Shown: piece by piece, positions 8,327 through 17,752 of the stretch | How the letters are laid out: every line of letters starts with the position of its first letter | Numbering within the stretch: the stretch's first letter is position 1 | From: Terriglobia bacterium | GTDB taxonomy: Bacteria; Acidobacteriota; Terriglobia; Acidiferrales; UBA7541 | Length of the DNA stretch: 64,000 bases | NCBI GenBank assembly: GCA_963788335.1 | Contig: CAWBGM010000005.1 | Coordinates: forward strand, 45,275 to 109,274 | Direction: 5' to 3' | Translations under genes and position numbers: made by a program | The notes under the pieces: generated by a model | The model's input: only the letters and a program-made list of their open reading frames with translations | Told to the model about the DNA's origin: nothing | Databases searched by the model: none

Positions 8327-10369
8327 ATGAAGAAGGCGATATTCCTGTTTGCCCTTGGGTGGATTCTTGCCGTTTCATCTGCCCGCGCACAGATGAATTC
8401 ATCCTCGGGGGTCGGCATCACGAAAATCGTGATCACGAAGACCGAGCCGGCGTTTGGCGGCATTTCGTTTCCCAATGTCGGACCCTACGAATTTCTTGTC
8501 GGCACGGCATACGGAGAGCTGGATCCCAAGGATCCGATGAACGCCGGGATCGTCGATCTTCAGAGCGCTCCGGTGAACAGCCGCGGCCATGTCGAATACA
8601 ACCTGGATATCACGTTCCTAAGGCCGGTGGATCTGAGCAAGGCCAACGGCAGGCTGATTTACGATATCGTGAATCGAGGGCACGAGAAAGTGCTTTCGGA
8701 CATGAACCTGAGCGAGTTCAGCTCGATTGGCCCCGATCAGGTAACCGACCCGGCATCGGGTCTGCTGATGAAGGCGGGATACACAATCGCCTGGAGCGGA
8801 TGGGAGGCGGAAGATTCGCACGAGACTGCCCGCCCCGGGTTGCTCAAATCGAGATTTCCCATCGCCATGAAGGATGGCAAGCCGCTGACGGCCATGAGCC
8901 GCGAAGAAATTTCAAACGTTCCTGCCGGGCCGACAATTACCGGATACCTGACCTATGCGGCGGCAACGATGGACCCCTCCGCCGCAACACTCACGGTGCG
9001 TGAACATGAAGAGGATCCCCGGAAGCCGGTTCCCGCCTCCAGTTGGAGCTATACGGATAAGAAGCACATCAAGATCACGCCAGTTCCCGGATATGACCGC
9101 GAGGCCCTCTACGAATTCATTTACCCGGCAACGGATGCGGTGATTGAAGGGATCGCCTTCGCCACGATCCGGGATTTCGTTTTGTTCGCGCGGTATGCCG
9201 AAAAGGATTCGATGGGGACCCCCAATCCGATTCATCCGGCGACTCCGTACAAGGCCGTGCTCGGCGTGGGGGTTTCCGAAAGCGGACGCCTGCTGCGAGA
9301 CATGATTTATCAGGATTTTAATATCGATAGTTCCGGCCGCATCGTTTTCGATGGCGCTTTCGTTTCCGTTGCGGGTTCACGCAAGACGAATGTGAATACG
9401 GAATTCTCGCAGCCGGGGCGCTTTTCCCGGCAGCATGAAGATCATCTTTATCCTGGCGACCAGTTCCCTTTCACGTACACCACCACGCACGATCCGATCA
9501 CCGGAAAGACCGACGGGATTCTGGTGAAGTGCACCAAGTCTCATTCGTGCCCGAAGATTATGCAGCTCGATACGAACACGGACGTGTGGCAGGGGCGCGT
9601 TTCCCTGCTGTTTACCGATCCGAGCGGCAAGGGAATTTCGATGCCGGACAATGTTCGGATGTATGTTCCGACCGGAGTGCCGCACGAATCGAAGGACCTT
9701 CCGCAAAACAATCTGGGAACCGCCGAGCGCGGCATCTGCAAGGAAATCAAAAATCCGCTGAAATACAGGCTCTATGGTCGCGCGCTCTTTTTGGCAATGG
9801 ACAAGTGGGTCACCGAAGGAGTGGCGCCGCCGCCCAGCCGCTATCCGAATTTGAAAGACCATACCTTGATTCCCCTGGAGCAGGCGGAGAAGTTGTGGCC
9901 GACAATTCCCGATTCTCCTTGGAGCCCAAAGCTCAACAAGCTGTTTTTGATGGATTACAGTAAACAACCTCCCGTGGCCTCGGGACCTCAGTATCCTGTG
10001 TACGTGACGATGACCAATGCGGATGGCAATCCCATCGGCGGCATCGTTCCGGCAGAGATCACAGTTCCCATCGGCACTTATTCCGGGCGGAATTTCCGCG
10101 CCGAAGGCTATGGCGAGGGCGATCTGTGCAGTCTGGACGGCAGCTTCATGCCCTTCCCGGCCACCAAGAAGGAGCGCCTGGCAAAGCACGATTCGCGGCT
10201 ATCGCTGGAAGAGCGTTATGCGAGCGAAGCGGAATTTCAAGCCAAACTGAAAAAGGCGACCGACGATCTTGTGAAGCAGGGCTATTTGCTGCAAGAGGAT
10301 GCGACGGAGATCGCGGCGAAACCGTTGCCGAAGATGGCGGCGATGGGCGACGCAAAGACTAAAGAATAA
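8327..10369 (+). CDS. Large secreted protein of unknown function (possibly alpha/beta-hydrolase-domain-containing family)
   Basis: 680-aa ORF with a GGAGAG RBS and the Sec signal MKKAIFLFALGWILAVSSARA. The N-terminal string GPYEFLVGTAYGELDPKDPMNAGIVDLQSAP.NSRGHVEY..ITFLRPVDLSKANGRLIYDIVNRG resembles secreted 'alpha/beta hydrolase domain-containing' hypothetical proteins. I cannot assign a substrate. Confidence 0.55.
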   Translation: MKKAIFLFALGWILAVSSARAQMNSSSGVGITKIVITKTEPAFGGISFPNVGPYEFLVGTAYGELDPKDPMNAGIVDLQSAPVNSRGHVEYNLDITFLRPVDLSKANGRLIYDIVNRGHEKVLSDMNLSEFSSIGPDQVTDPASGLLMKAGYTIAWSGWEAEDSHETARPGLLKSRFPIAMKDGKPLTAMSREEISNVPAGPTITGYLTYAAATMDPSAATLTVREHEEDPRKPVPASSWSYTDKKHIKITPVPGYDREALYEFIYPATDAVIEGIAFATIRDFVLFARYAEKDSMGTPNPIHPATPYKAVLGVGVSESGRLLRDMIYQDFNIDSSGRIVFDGAFVSVAGSRKTNVNTEFSQPGRFSRQHEDHLYPGDQFPFTYTTTHDPITGKTDGILVKCTKSHSCPKIMQLDTNTDVWQGRVSLLFTDPSGKGISMPDNVRMYVPTGVPHESKDLPQNNLGTAERGICKEIKNPLKYRLYGRALFLAMDKWVTEGVAPPPSRYPNLKDHTLIPLEQAEKLWPTIPDSPWSPKLNKLFLMDYSKQPPVASGPQYPVYVTMTNADGNPIGGIVPAEITVPIGTYSGRNFRAEGYGEGDLCSLDGSFMPFPATKKERLAKHDSRLSLEERYASEAEFQAKLKKATDDLVKQGYLLQEDATEIAAKPLPKMAAMGDAKTKE

Positions 10370-10532
10370 TTGGCGGGATTTTCCACGGTATTGCGTCGTG
10401 ATTCTGTAGCGCGGACATTCGCCTCGACGGGTGCCCCGGCTTCCGGTGCACATGTAAAGCAGAGCGTGAAATGTTGCGCGGTTGAATCAGCGCGTTTCGG
10501 CAAACCCGGTTCAAAAACCTGAGGAGTTCAGA

Positions 10533-11069
10533 ATGACTTTTAGAAGAATACTGTTGGCATTGATCGCAGCGGTTGTGGTCTTCGCAAGCGCGAATCTGAC
10601 GGTGGCACAGACTGGCGGCGATATGGGAAAGAAAACCGACGCCACTTTTGTCACTCCCGCTTCCGCGCCTCCGATCATTTACTTTTCGAAGGACTCCGTC
10701 ACCAAGCACTTTGAAGCCGGCGATACGATGTATCAGGACCCCGCCGACGCGCGCGATTATCGGATCGCGGCCAGCCGGCGTGAAAAGCCCGGCACCGCTG
10801 AAATCCACATGAAGTGGACCGACGTCTGCTACATCGTCAAGGGTGAAGCCACACTGGTCACCGGGGGAACCGTGATGAACATCAAGCCAACAAACACTTT
10901 CCCGGACGGCAAGCCCTATCCCCAGGACGAAATCCGCGGCGGCGACATCGTCGGCGGCAAATCGCAGCATCTGAGTGCAGGCGATGTGGTGGTCATCCCC
11001 AACGGTGTGCCGCATTCATTCATCGATGTGAACAGTTCCTTCTGGTATTACAACGTAAAAGTTCGCTAA
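10533..11069 (+). CDS. Secreted cupin-domain protein
   Basis: Start chosen at ATG 10533, which follows GAGGAG and gives the signal peptide MTFRRILLALIAAVVVFASANLTVA. The cupin core is CYIVKGEATLVTGG..SAGDVVVIPNGVPHSF. It is a paralogue of 48638..49151. Confidence 0.75.
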   Translation: MTFRRILLALIAAVVVFASANLTVAQTGGDMGKKTDATFVTPASAPPIIYFSKDSVTKHFEAGDTMYQDPADARDYRIAASRREKPGTAEIHMKWTDVCYIVKGEATLVTGGTVMNIKPTNTFPDGKPYPQDEIRGGDIVGGKSQHLSAGDVVVIPNGVPHSFIDVNSSFWYYNVKVR

Positions 11070-11090
11070 GTTTGAATGGCATTGCTTTTA

Positions 11091-11114
11091 GTGGCACAGG
11101 CTTCAGCCTGTGGC
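11091..11114. repeat. Single palindromic unit of the GTAGCACAGGCTTCAGCCTGTGCTAC repeat family (REP-like hairpin)
   Basis: Reads gtggcacaggc-ttca-gcctgtggc, 22 nt after the cupin stop codon. It could act as a terminator or an RNA-stabilising hairpin. Confidence 0.7.
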
Positions 11115-11167
11115 TTTTGGCGACGTTAAGAAACGCAGCAACATTTTCCCACGTCAAGTTATAGGGG

Positions 11168-12676
11168 ATGCCGGTGAAAAAACAGCTGATCGTGATCTGC
11201 GTGACGCTCGTCCTGGCCGCGACGACTGCAATCGCGCAAAACGCAAGCCCGGACGCAAGCACTGCGATCAGGAACGCGGTGAAAGCAATGGGCGACGTAA
11301 AATCCATCCGCTATTCCGGCTCGGGGAGATGGGGTGTCGTTGGAATGAGTTGGAATCCCACGTCCCCCTGGCACACCACGGTGCTAAATAGCTATACGCG
11401 AACCATTGACTATGCGACGGGGTCTTCGCGTGAGGACACAACGAGGAATCAAGAGAATCCGCCCGTACTTGGCGGCGAAGCCCCTTACGTGGACGAGATC
11501 GTGGAGGGCCATGAGGTCGTCGGAAAATACGCGTGGAATCAACCGGTAAACGCGCACCCCACGCTTCCGCCCGATGTCACCCAACCAGCGCCTGCCGCGG
11601 TCGAGGAACGAAATCTTCAGATCATTCTCACGCCGCACGGATTCCTGAAAGCCGCGCTGGAGAATCACGCCACGGCAAAATCGGCGACAGAAGGCAACGA
11701 GAAGGTCACCTTGCTTACGTACATGGCCGGGAAATACAAAATCGTGGGCACGCTGAATAGCAAATCCATTTTGACGAAAATCGACACATGGATGGACAAC
11801 CCGGTCCTGGGCGACATGCTCGTCGAAACGAAATTTCTGGATTACAAAGATTTCAATGGCGTGAAGTTTCCCACGCACATCGTTCAGGAGCAGGGCGGCT
11901 CGATGACGCTGGACCTGAACGTGAAAGACGTACAGCCCAACGTGGCGAATGCGACGCTGCGAGTCCCTGAAAATGTGCTCAAGGCCACGGTCCGTCCGGA
12001 GACGGCGAAGTCCGAAAAGATGGCCGATGGCGTCTGGTTTATTCACGGGGGGCACAACAGCGTTCTGGTCGAGTTCAAGGATTTCCTGGCGGTTGTGGAT
12101 GCCCCGGTCGATGAAGCGCGATCGGTTGCGGTACTTGCGGAAGTGAAACGGCTCGTGCCGGACAAACCGGTCAAGTACGTGATCAACACGCATCATCATT
12201 TCGATCACTCGGGCGGATTGCGGACGTATGTCGCCGAGGGCGCCACGGTGATCACGCATGAGAACAACAAGCCCTACTATGAAACCGTGTGGAAATACCC
12301 TCACACGATTGCGCCGGACAGGCTTTCGGAACATCCGCGCGAGCCGACGTTCATTACTTTTAAAAATAAGTATGTGCTGACCGATGGAACGCGCAATCTG
12401 GAAGTGCACCTCGACTTTGGCGACATGCACGATCAGTTTTTATCGTTCGCGTGGCTGCCGAAGGAAAAAATCCTGATCGAGGCGGACGATTTTTCTGGCT
12501 GGTATATCACTCCCCTGTCGCTGGCCATGTGGAATAATTTGTACGGCAATCTCCAGCGGTTGGGAATTGAGCCGGAAACCATCGCGCCGTTGCATGGCGA
12601 CCCCACGACAATGGCGATCTGGCTGAAGACGCTGCGAGACAGCATCGATCAAATTACCGATTTCAAGGAGTTTTAG
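11168..12676 (+). CDS. Secreted MBL-fold metallo-hydrolase with ~280-aa N-terminal domain of unknown function
   Basis: 502-aa ORF with the signal MPVKKQLIVICVTLVLAATTAIA. The canonical HxHxDH motif is present in INTHHHFDHSGGLRTY, with later His residues in DFGDMHDQ and APLHGD. It has the same architecture as 23663, 25225 and 26786. Confidence 0.85.
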   Translation: MPVKKQLIVICVTLVLAATTAIAQNASPDASTAIRNAVKAMGDVKSIRYSGSGRWGVVGMSWNPTSPWHTTVLNSYTRTIDYATGSSREDTTRNQENPPVLGGEAPYVDEIVEGHEVVGKYAWNQPVNAHPTLPPDVTQPAPAAVEERNLQIILTPHGFLKAALENHATAKSATEGNEKVTLLTYMAGKYKIVGTLNSKSILTKIDTWMDNPVLGDMLVETKFLDYKDFNGVKFPTHIVQEQGGSMTLDLNVKDVQPNVANATLRVPENVLKATVRPETAKSEKMADGVWFIHGGHNSVLVEFKDFLAVVDAPVDEARSVAVLAEVKRLVPDKPVKYVINTHHHFDHSGGLRTYVAEGATVITHENNKPYYETVWKYPHTIAPDRLSEHPREPTFITFKNKYVLTDGTRNLEVHLDFGDMHDQFLSFAWLPKEKILIEADDFSGWYITPLSLAMWNNLYGNLQRLGIEPETIAPLHGDPTTMAIWLKTLRDSIDQITDFKEF

Positions 12677-12851
12677 AATTTGGGCGAGAATTCCCGGAGC
12701 GTGTTGATCGAGTTGGTCTGCTACAAATGAAAGATGTTTCCCGGTCAAAAGGGAGTGCTATAAATTGGAAGGGTCATAGGATCGCGCTCACGGTCGAAAA
12801 CCAAAAATTTAGCTGCCATTCAACAATGAACGCAAATCGAGAGGGGAAATA

Positions 12852-14618
12852 ATGATGCGCACCACGAAAAATAGTAATTTTCCGCGGCATCTCGCAATGA
12901 CCTGCATGGTCGCTTTGATGCTGGCATGCTTTTCCGTTTCAGCTTCGGCTCAGCAGCCTACTCGCGGCACGATCACCGGAAAGGTGACGGCCGATCAGGG
13001 ACAAGTCGTTGCGTTCCGCGTCGCCGCTCATAATCTTGACTTGCAGCTCTGGTACACGGTGTTCACAAACAAGGGCAACTACATCGTTCCGCAGGCACTG
13101 CCCGGAAATTACGACGTTTTTGTACAGATGGGCGGCTATGACTCCCCGGTCACGAAGGTGTTCCTTGCCGCCGGCGGAAGCCAGACTGCAAATTTTGCAA
13201 TCACCAGAAAAACGGGGCCGCCGACCGGCCCGGATGCAGGCGTGAAGATCGATTACGTCAACAGCATGGACGACATATATCCGCCCGGCCCGGGCCTCAG
13301 CCTGATTCGTGCTAACTGCATCGGCTGCCATGCCGAAAATTTCAATAATTTCGGCCACATGAAGCTTACGCGCGAAAAATACATGGAAGGCATCGAGCAG
13401 ATGACGGAGACCGGTCCCGGCTACAACGCTTTTGTTTTGGCGCTGGGGCGCACTCACTTTACCAAACAGGACAAGGATTTGATGGCCGATTATCTGGCCT
13501 CGCACTTCGGCCCCGGAGTCGTCGAGAAGCGGTTGCGCATCGATCCCATCCAGTGGGATGAGGACGCGGCGTCCAAGGCGATTTACGTCTCGTACGATAT
13601 TCCGAAGGACCTGCCGATTTCTCCCGGGGGAGACGTAATTGGCGCGCCGATGGTGGATGGCGTGATTGCTCAATATAAAGTTCCGAAGGAAGGCACCACG
13701 CACCACATGGGTTCCTCTTTCATTTCACCGCTCGACGGCAACATCTGGTTCAGTTCGCGTACGTCCAGTTCCCTGCTGCGTCTTGACCCGAAGGCGGAGA
13801 GCGCGGACCGCTGGAAGAACTATCCGATCAAGGGCGATGCGTACGTGCACCCCGACGGCGTCGGCGTCAATAAAGAAGGCCATGTATTCTGGGCCGAACT
13901 GAAAACCGGTCGCATGGGCGAACTCGATCCGGTCACCGGAAAACAGATCCGCTACTCATTGCCTGAACAGGCAGGGGCGCTGCATGAAGTGGTCGTCGAT
14001 AAGGACGGCAACGTCGGCTTCGACTTGATCTACGGCGCGCTATTCGGACGCCTGGATGTGAAGACAGGAAAAATTCACATGTACCCGACGCCGACGCCGG
14101 ACAACGGCCTGTACGGAATGGCGATCGATCAATCGGGCAATATGTGGGCCGCCGGATGGCAAAAAGGCACGATCAACAAGTGGGACGTGGAGACCGAATC
14201 GGTGAAGGAATATCCGGTGCCCAATGCCTGGGGACAGATTCGCCGCATCGGCGTGGACTCGAAGGGAGTCGTGTGGGTTTCCGAATACACGTCCGGAATC
14301 CTCGGCAGCCTCGATCCTGGAACCGGCAAGCTCACCGAATACAAAATTCCCTACAACGGCGCGCAACCCTATGACGCCTGGCCGGACAACGACGACAATC
14401 TCTGGATGGGCGATGCAAATCACAACTGCATCATCAAGTTCGACCAGAAGACAAAACAATTCAGCTACTATCCAATGCCGCAACCCGGGCAGAGCATCAA
14501 CAAATTCCATATGGCCGCGGACAACACGATCTGGTTTGGAAGCCGTGCGGTGAAGATCGTGACCGGGGTTCACTTCTATCCGAATGGCTTCAGCGGCGGC
14601 GCTCAGGTAATGCCGTAG
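12852..14618 (+). CDS. Secreted CarboxypepD_reg-like domain + single CXXCH motif + Vgb/NHL-like beta-propeller protein
   Basis: 588-aa ORF with a signal ending ..SVSASA. The Ig-like region is GTITGKVTADQG..GNYDVFVQMGGYDS. The heme-c type motif CIGCH sits at 13317..13331. The C-terminal half has repeated D..GN.W/G..W.. propeller-type segments. It is a paralogue of 52254..53891. Confidence 0.7.
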   Translation: MMRTTKNSNFPRHLAMTCMVALMLACFSVSASAQQPTRGTITGKVTADQGQVVAFRVAAHNLDLQLWYTVFTNKGNYIVPQALPGNYDVFVQMGGYDSPVTKVFLAAGGSQTANFAITRKTGPPTGPDAGVKIDYVNSMDDIYPPGPGLSLIRANCIGCHAENFNNFGHMKLTREKYMEGIEQMTETGPGYNAFVLALGRTHFTKQDKDLMADYLASHFGPGVVEKRLRIDPIQWDEDAASKAIYVSYDIPKDLPISPGGDVIGAPMVDGVIAQYKVPKEGTTHHMGSSFISPLDGNIWFSSRTSSSLLRLDPKAESADRWKNYPIKGDAYVHPDGVGVNKEGHVFWAELKTGRMGELDPVTGKQIRYSLPEQAGALHEVVVDKDGNVGFDLIYGALFGRLDVKTGKIHMYPTPTPDNGLYGMAIDQSGNMWAAGWQKGTINKWDVETESVKEYPVPNAWGQIRRIGVDSKGVVWVSEYTSGILGSLDPGTGKLTEYKIPYNGAQPYDAWPDNDDNLWMGDANHNCIIKFDQKTKQFSYYPMPQPGQSINKFHMAADNTIWFGSRAVKIVTGVHFYPNGFSGGAQVMP

Positions 14619-14648
14619 TTCAACCGTTCGAAGCGGATTTTTTTGGGG

Positions 14649-14689
14649 GCCCCACCTTTGATGCTTTTTCAAGGGTGGGGCTTTTAATT
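14649..14689 (+). terminator. Rho-independent terminator candidate
   Basis: The stem is gccccacc / ggtggggc (8 bp perfect) with a 17-nt loop, followed by ttttaattt. It begins 31 nt after the stop at 14618. Confidence 0.6.
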
Positions 14690-14837
14690 TGAGGTCATGG
14701 TAAGAAGATTTTAACGCACGCGGCAGGCGCTCCCACGACCAATACCACCGTTGATAAATTCAATACGGATTTGAGAGTTCGTAAAGACCCAATCGATATA
14801 TACACACTCGTCCGGTTTGGCGGGACGATGTGTTTTT

Positions 14838-14922
14838 AGCAGCACAGTCTTCAGCCTGTCTTCTTTTGGCTTTCGATAACTCCTGCAAAATTCAAAAACA
14901 AACAGGCTGAAGCCCGTCCTAC
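14838..14922. repeat. Paired (two-arm) degenerate copy of the GTAGCACAGGC repeat family, MITE/BIME-like
   Basis: The left arm is agcagcacagtcttcagcctgtc. The right arm is acaggctgaagcccgtcctac. The spacer contains aaattcaaaaac. Confidence 0.65.
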
Positions 14923-15074
14923 TCGGACGATTCACCGCTCTTGAAGAAGTCCTCAGGATATGGCTTCCGAAAACCGGCGAAAGGGGTATATTGTGCGACT
15001 GGGAACGAGGTTAACCGCGCCGGATATTCGAAGTCGAAGTTTTCGCTTCGCTAAATTGTTACAGGGAGAAACTC

Positions 15075-17606
15075 ATGGTGACCAGAAGAGACATTCTCGC
15101 TTTGGCGGGCTCCGCGCCTGCGCTTTTTTTGGGAGCGCGAGCGGACGCTCAACAAGAGGCGCCGGCGGAGCAGGAACTACACGAGTTTGTTGCGGCGATT
15201 TCTTCATTTGAAAAAACGGGCGCGGGCGTTGTGTTTCACTGCGCGACAAGCCGGGGGACAAATGTCGAAGTCGCGCTGACGGTGTGCACGCCCGAGATCC
15301 TTCGCGTGCGGATGTGCGCCGATCGGGAATTGAAAAATGTGGATGGGTTGCTGGAGATCAAGCAGGATTGGCCTCCCTGCGCCTTCCAAGTCACCGACAA
15401 ACCGGAAGGGGTGACGATTGAGACGGCGGCTCTCCGCATCGAATTCCAAAAGAAGCCGTGGAAGTATGTAGTCTATGACAAACAAGGACAGGTCATCGTT
15501 CAGGAACACGTGAAGGACGTGGACACGCAGGGAAATTTTCGCGGCTTGCCCATGGGGTTTACCAGCGTGGCGGGAAAGCCCTGCCGGTCGAATGAAACAT
15601 TTGCTCTTCCCGAAGATGAAAGCTTCTATGGATTGGGCGAAAGATTCACCAAGCTGAATAAAGTCGGGCTGCGAGTGGACGGATGGCTGGTGAATCCGTG
15701 GGGTTCCGGGACCGACGAGTCCCATAAGACAATTCCCTTTGTGATGAGCACCGGCGGCTACGGGATTTTTGTCAACACGACGTTTCGCAACCGTTGGGAC
15801 ATGGGCAGCCGTTCGGTGGTCTCTTATTCATTTCTCATCGACGACCCACGCCTCGATTTTTTTATTATTTACGGGCCGACACTGAAGCAAGTGTTGGCCC
15901 GGTATGAAGAAATTACGGGATGGCCGGCGTTTCCACCGAAAGAATCGTTCGGCGTCTGGTTTACGGCGGGGAACGGCAATCGTGACAAGACCGATCCCGT
16001 GGAAATTGCGAGAAAGTTTAGAACGATGGATCTTCCCGTGGATTACTTCACTTCCGTGGTCAGCATTCAAGCCGATAACATGCCGGCGGTGCTGGCCTAT
16101 ACCAGAGAAATTTCCGCGGCACTTCGCAAGGTGGGCATCAAGATCGGCATGCGTGTGGACCCGTTTCTCAGGCCGAACACCGACATCGAGCGAGAGGCGC
16201 GGGCGGGAGGATACCTCGTGGTCCGGAAGGACGGCTCGGTGTATGAAGATATTCTCCAACCGTCGCTGAATCACGTGAATAAGATCGAGGAGTCATTGGT
16301 GGCGGTCGAGCGGGACGACGCGTGGAGGTCGCGATTCTACGCAGCAAATCGAGGCATCGGCGTGATTCCCGACTTCACCAATCCCGCCACGGTGAAATGG
16401 TGGAAAGACAAAGTGAAAGCGCTGCTTGACGCCGGCTGCTTCGGCATTGGGATGTCCGACTACGGCGAGGACACTCCCGCAGACGGCTATTATTACAATA
16501 AACGCACCGGCCTTGAGATGCACAATCTCTACACGAATCTCTATCACAAGGCGACATTCGAGGCGGTGGCCGAATATTCGGGACACCGGGGACTGGTGAA
16601 CGCGCGTTCGGGAACGGCGGGCATACAACGCTATCCGATCTGCTGGTCGGGAGACCCGGAATGCAATTGGGACGAGATGGCGACTACACTGCGCAGCGGT
16701 TTGAGCGTTGGACTTTCCGGTGTCCCCTTCTGGAGCAACGACACAGGAGGCTATGAACCTTCGGTCGGAAATCTAACGCCGGAGTTGTTTATCCGATGGA
16801 CGCAGATGGCCATGTTTCAGTCGCACATCCGCTTCAATGGAGCGCCTCCCAGGTGGCCGTGGTCGTTCGGTGATCGCTCTGTCGAAAATTACAGGAAGTA
16901 CGGCAAGTTACGGTATCGCCTGATGCCCTATCTTTATTCCCATGCCTATAACGCCACAAAAACCGGACTGCCAATCATGCGCGCGATGGTGCTCGAATTC
17001 CAGGACGATCCCAGTACGCACAACCTTCAGGACCAGTACATGTTCGGCGATGCCTTGCTGGTAGCTCCCGTGTACAAGCCGGTCAACATACGGAATGTAT
17101 ATCTGCCTGCCGGAACGTGGTACGAGTACGAAACGGGAAAGGAATTCGCCGGCCCAACGACTTTGCAGATCGAGCCTCCGCTGGAAGTTCTGCCTCTCTA
17201 CATAAGAGAAAATTCAATTATCCCCATGGGACCTGAGATCGACTACATCGGCGAGAAACCATTTAGCCCTATCACTCTCGATATCTGGCTTTCGACGGAA
17301 GCGGAGTGCACGCTTTACGACGATGACGAACGCGCGCATACCGAGGAAATCGTAAAATGCCACGCCAGCAAAAGAGGAAACCAGACCAAGCTGAATGTGG
17401 GAGCATCCGGCAAGACCTATATCGCGAAATTCAATAAAACGAGCCGTCCCAAACACGCGACTCTGAACGCGAAGGACTTGCCGCACGTCGCTTCATTATC
17501 GGATCTGGAGAAGGCTGATATGGGCTGGTACTTCGATCCTTCCTCCGTGGTGTATGCGAAGTTTCAGCCGGCCGGGAACGGCAGCGAACTCGTGCTTCGC
17601 TGGTAG
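15075..17606 (+). CDS. TAT-exported glycoside hydrolase family 31 (alpha-glucosidase/alpha-xylosidase-like)
   Basis: 843-aa ORF with the twin-arginine signal MVTRRDILALAGSAPALFLGARADA. GH31-type strings are GFGVWF.., DFTNPATVKWWKD, GIGMSDYGED, CWSGD and FWSNDTGGY. Confidence 0.85.
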   Translation: MVTRRDILALAGSAPALFLGARADAQQEAPAEQELHEFVAAISSFEKTGAGVVFHCATSRGTNVEVALTVCTPEILRVRMCADRELKNVDGLLEIKQDWPPCAFQVTDKPEGVTIETAALRIEFQKKPWKYVVYDKQGQVIVQEHVKDVDTQGNFRGLPMGFTSVAGKPCRSNETFALPEDESFYGLGERFTKLNKVGLRVDGWLVNPWGSGTDESHKTIPFVMSTGGYGIFVNTTFRNRWDMGSRSVVSYSFLIDDPRLDFFIIYGPTLKQVLARYEEITGWPAFPPKESFGVWFTAGNGNRDKTDPVEIARKFRTMDLPVDYFTSVVSIQADNMPAVLAYTREISAALRKVGIKIGMRVDPFLRPNTDIEREARAGGYLVVRKDGSVYEDILQPSLNHVNKIEESLVAVERDDAWRSRFYAANRGIGVIPDFTNPATVKWWKDKVKALLDAGCFGIGMSDYGEDTPADGYYYNKRTGLEMHNLYTNLYHKATFEAVAEYSGHRGLVNARSGTAGIQRYPICWSGDPECNWDEMATTLRSGLSVGLSGVPFWSNDTGGYEPSVGNLTPELFIRWTQMAMFQSHIRFNGAPPRWPWSFGDRSVENYRKYGKLRYRLMPYLYSHAYNATKTGLPIMRAMVLEFQDDPSTHNLQDQYMFGDALLVAPVYKPVNIRNVYLPAGTWYEYETGKEFAGPTTLQIEPPLEVLPLYIRENSIIPMGPEIDYIGEKPFSPITLDIWLSTEAECTLYDDDERAHTEEIVKCHASKRGNQTKLNVGASGKTYIAKFNKTSRPKHATLNAKDLPHVASLSDLEKADMGWYFDPSSVVYAKFQPAGNGSELVLRW

Positions 17607-17678
17607 GCTGAATTTCTTTTTAAAAATATCCGCGATGGATGTTGACGCGCCGCCTACCAACTTGGGTCCGACGAAAAT

Positions 17679-17730
17679 AAACTCCCCGAACTGGAAAACC
17701 CATCCAGTGCGGGGAGTTTTGATTTGATGT
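17679..17730. terminator. Bidirectional terminator candidate between convergent genes
   Basis: A perfect 10-bp stem aaactccccg / cggggagttt encloses a nested ctgga/tccag hairpin. It is flanked by aaaataaa on the left and ttttgatttg on the right. It lies between the stops at 17606 (+) and 17753 (-). Confidence 0.65.
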
Positions 17731-17752
17731 TCAGACGCCGGTGATCTCTACG

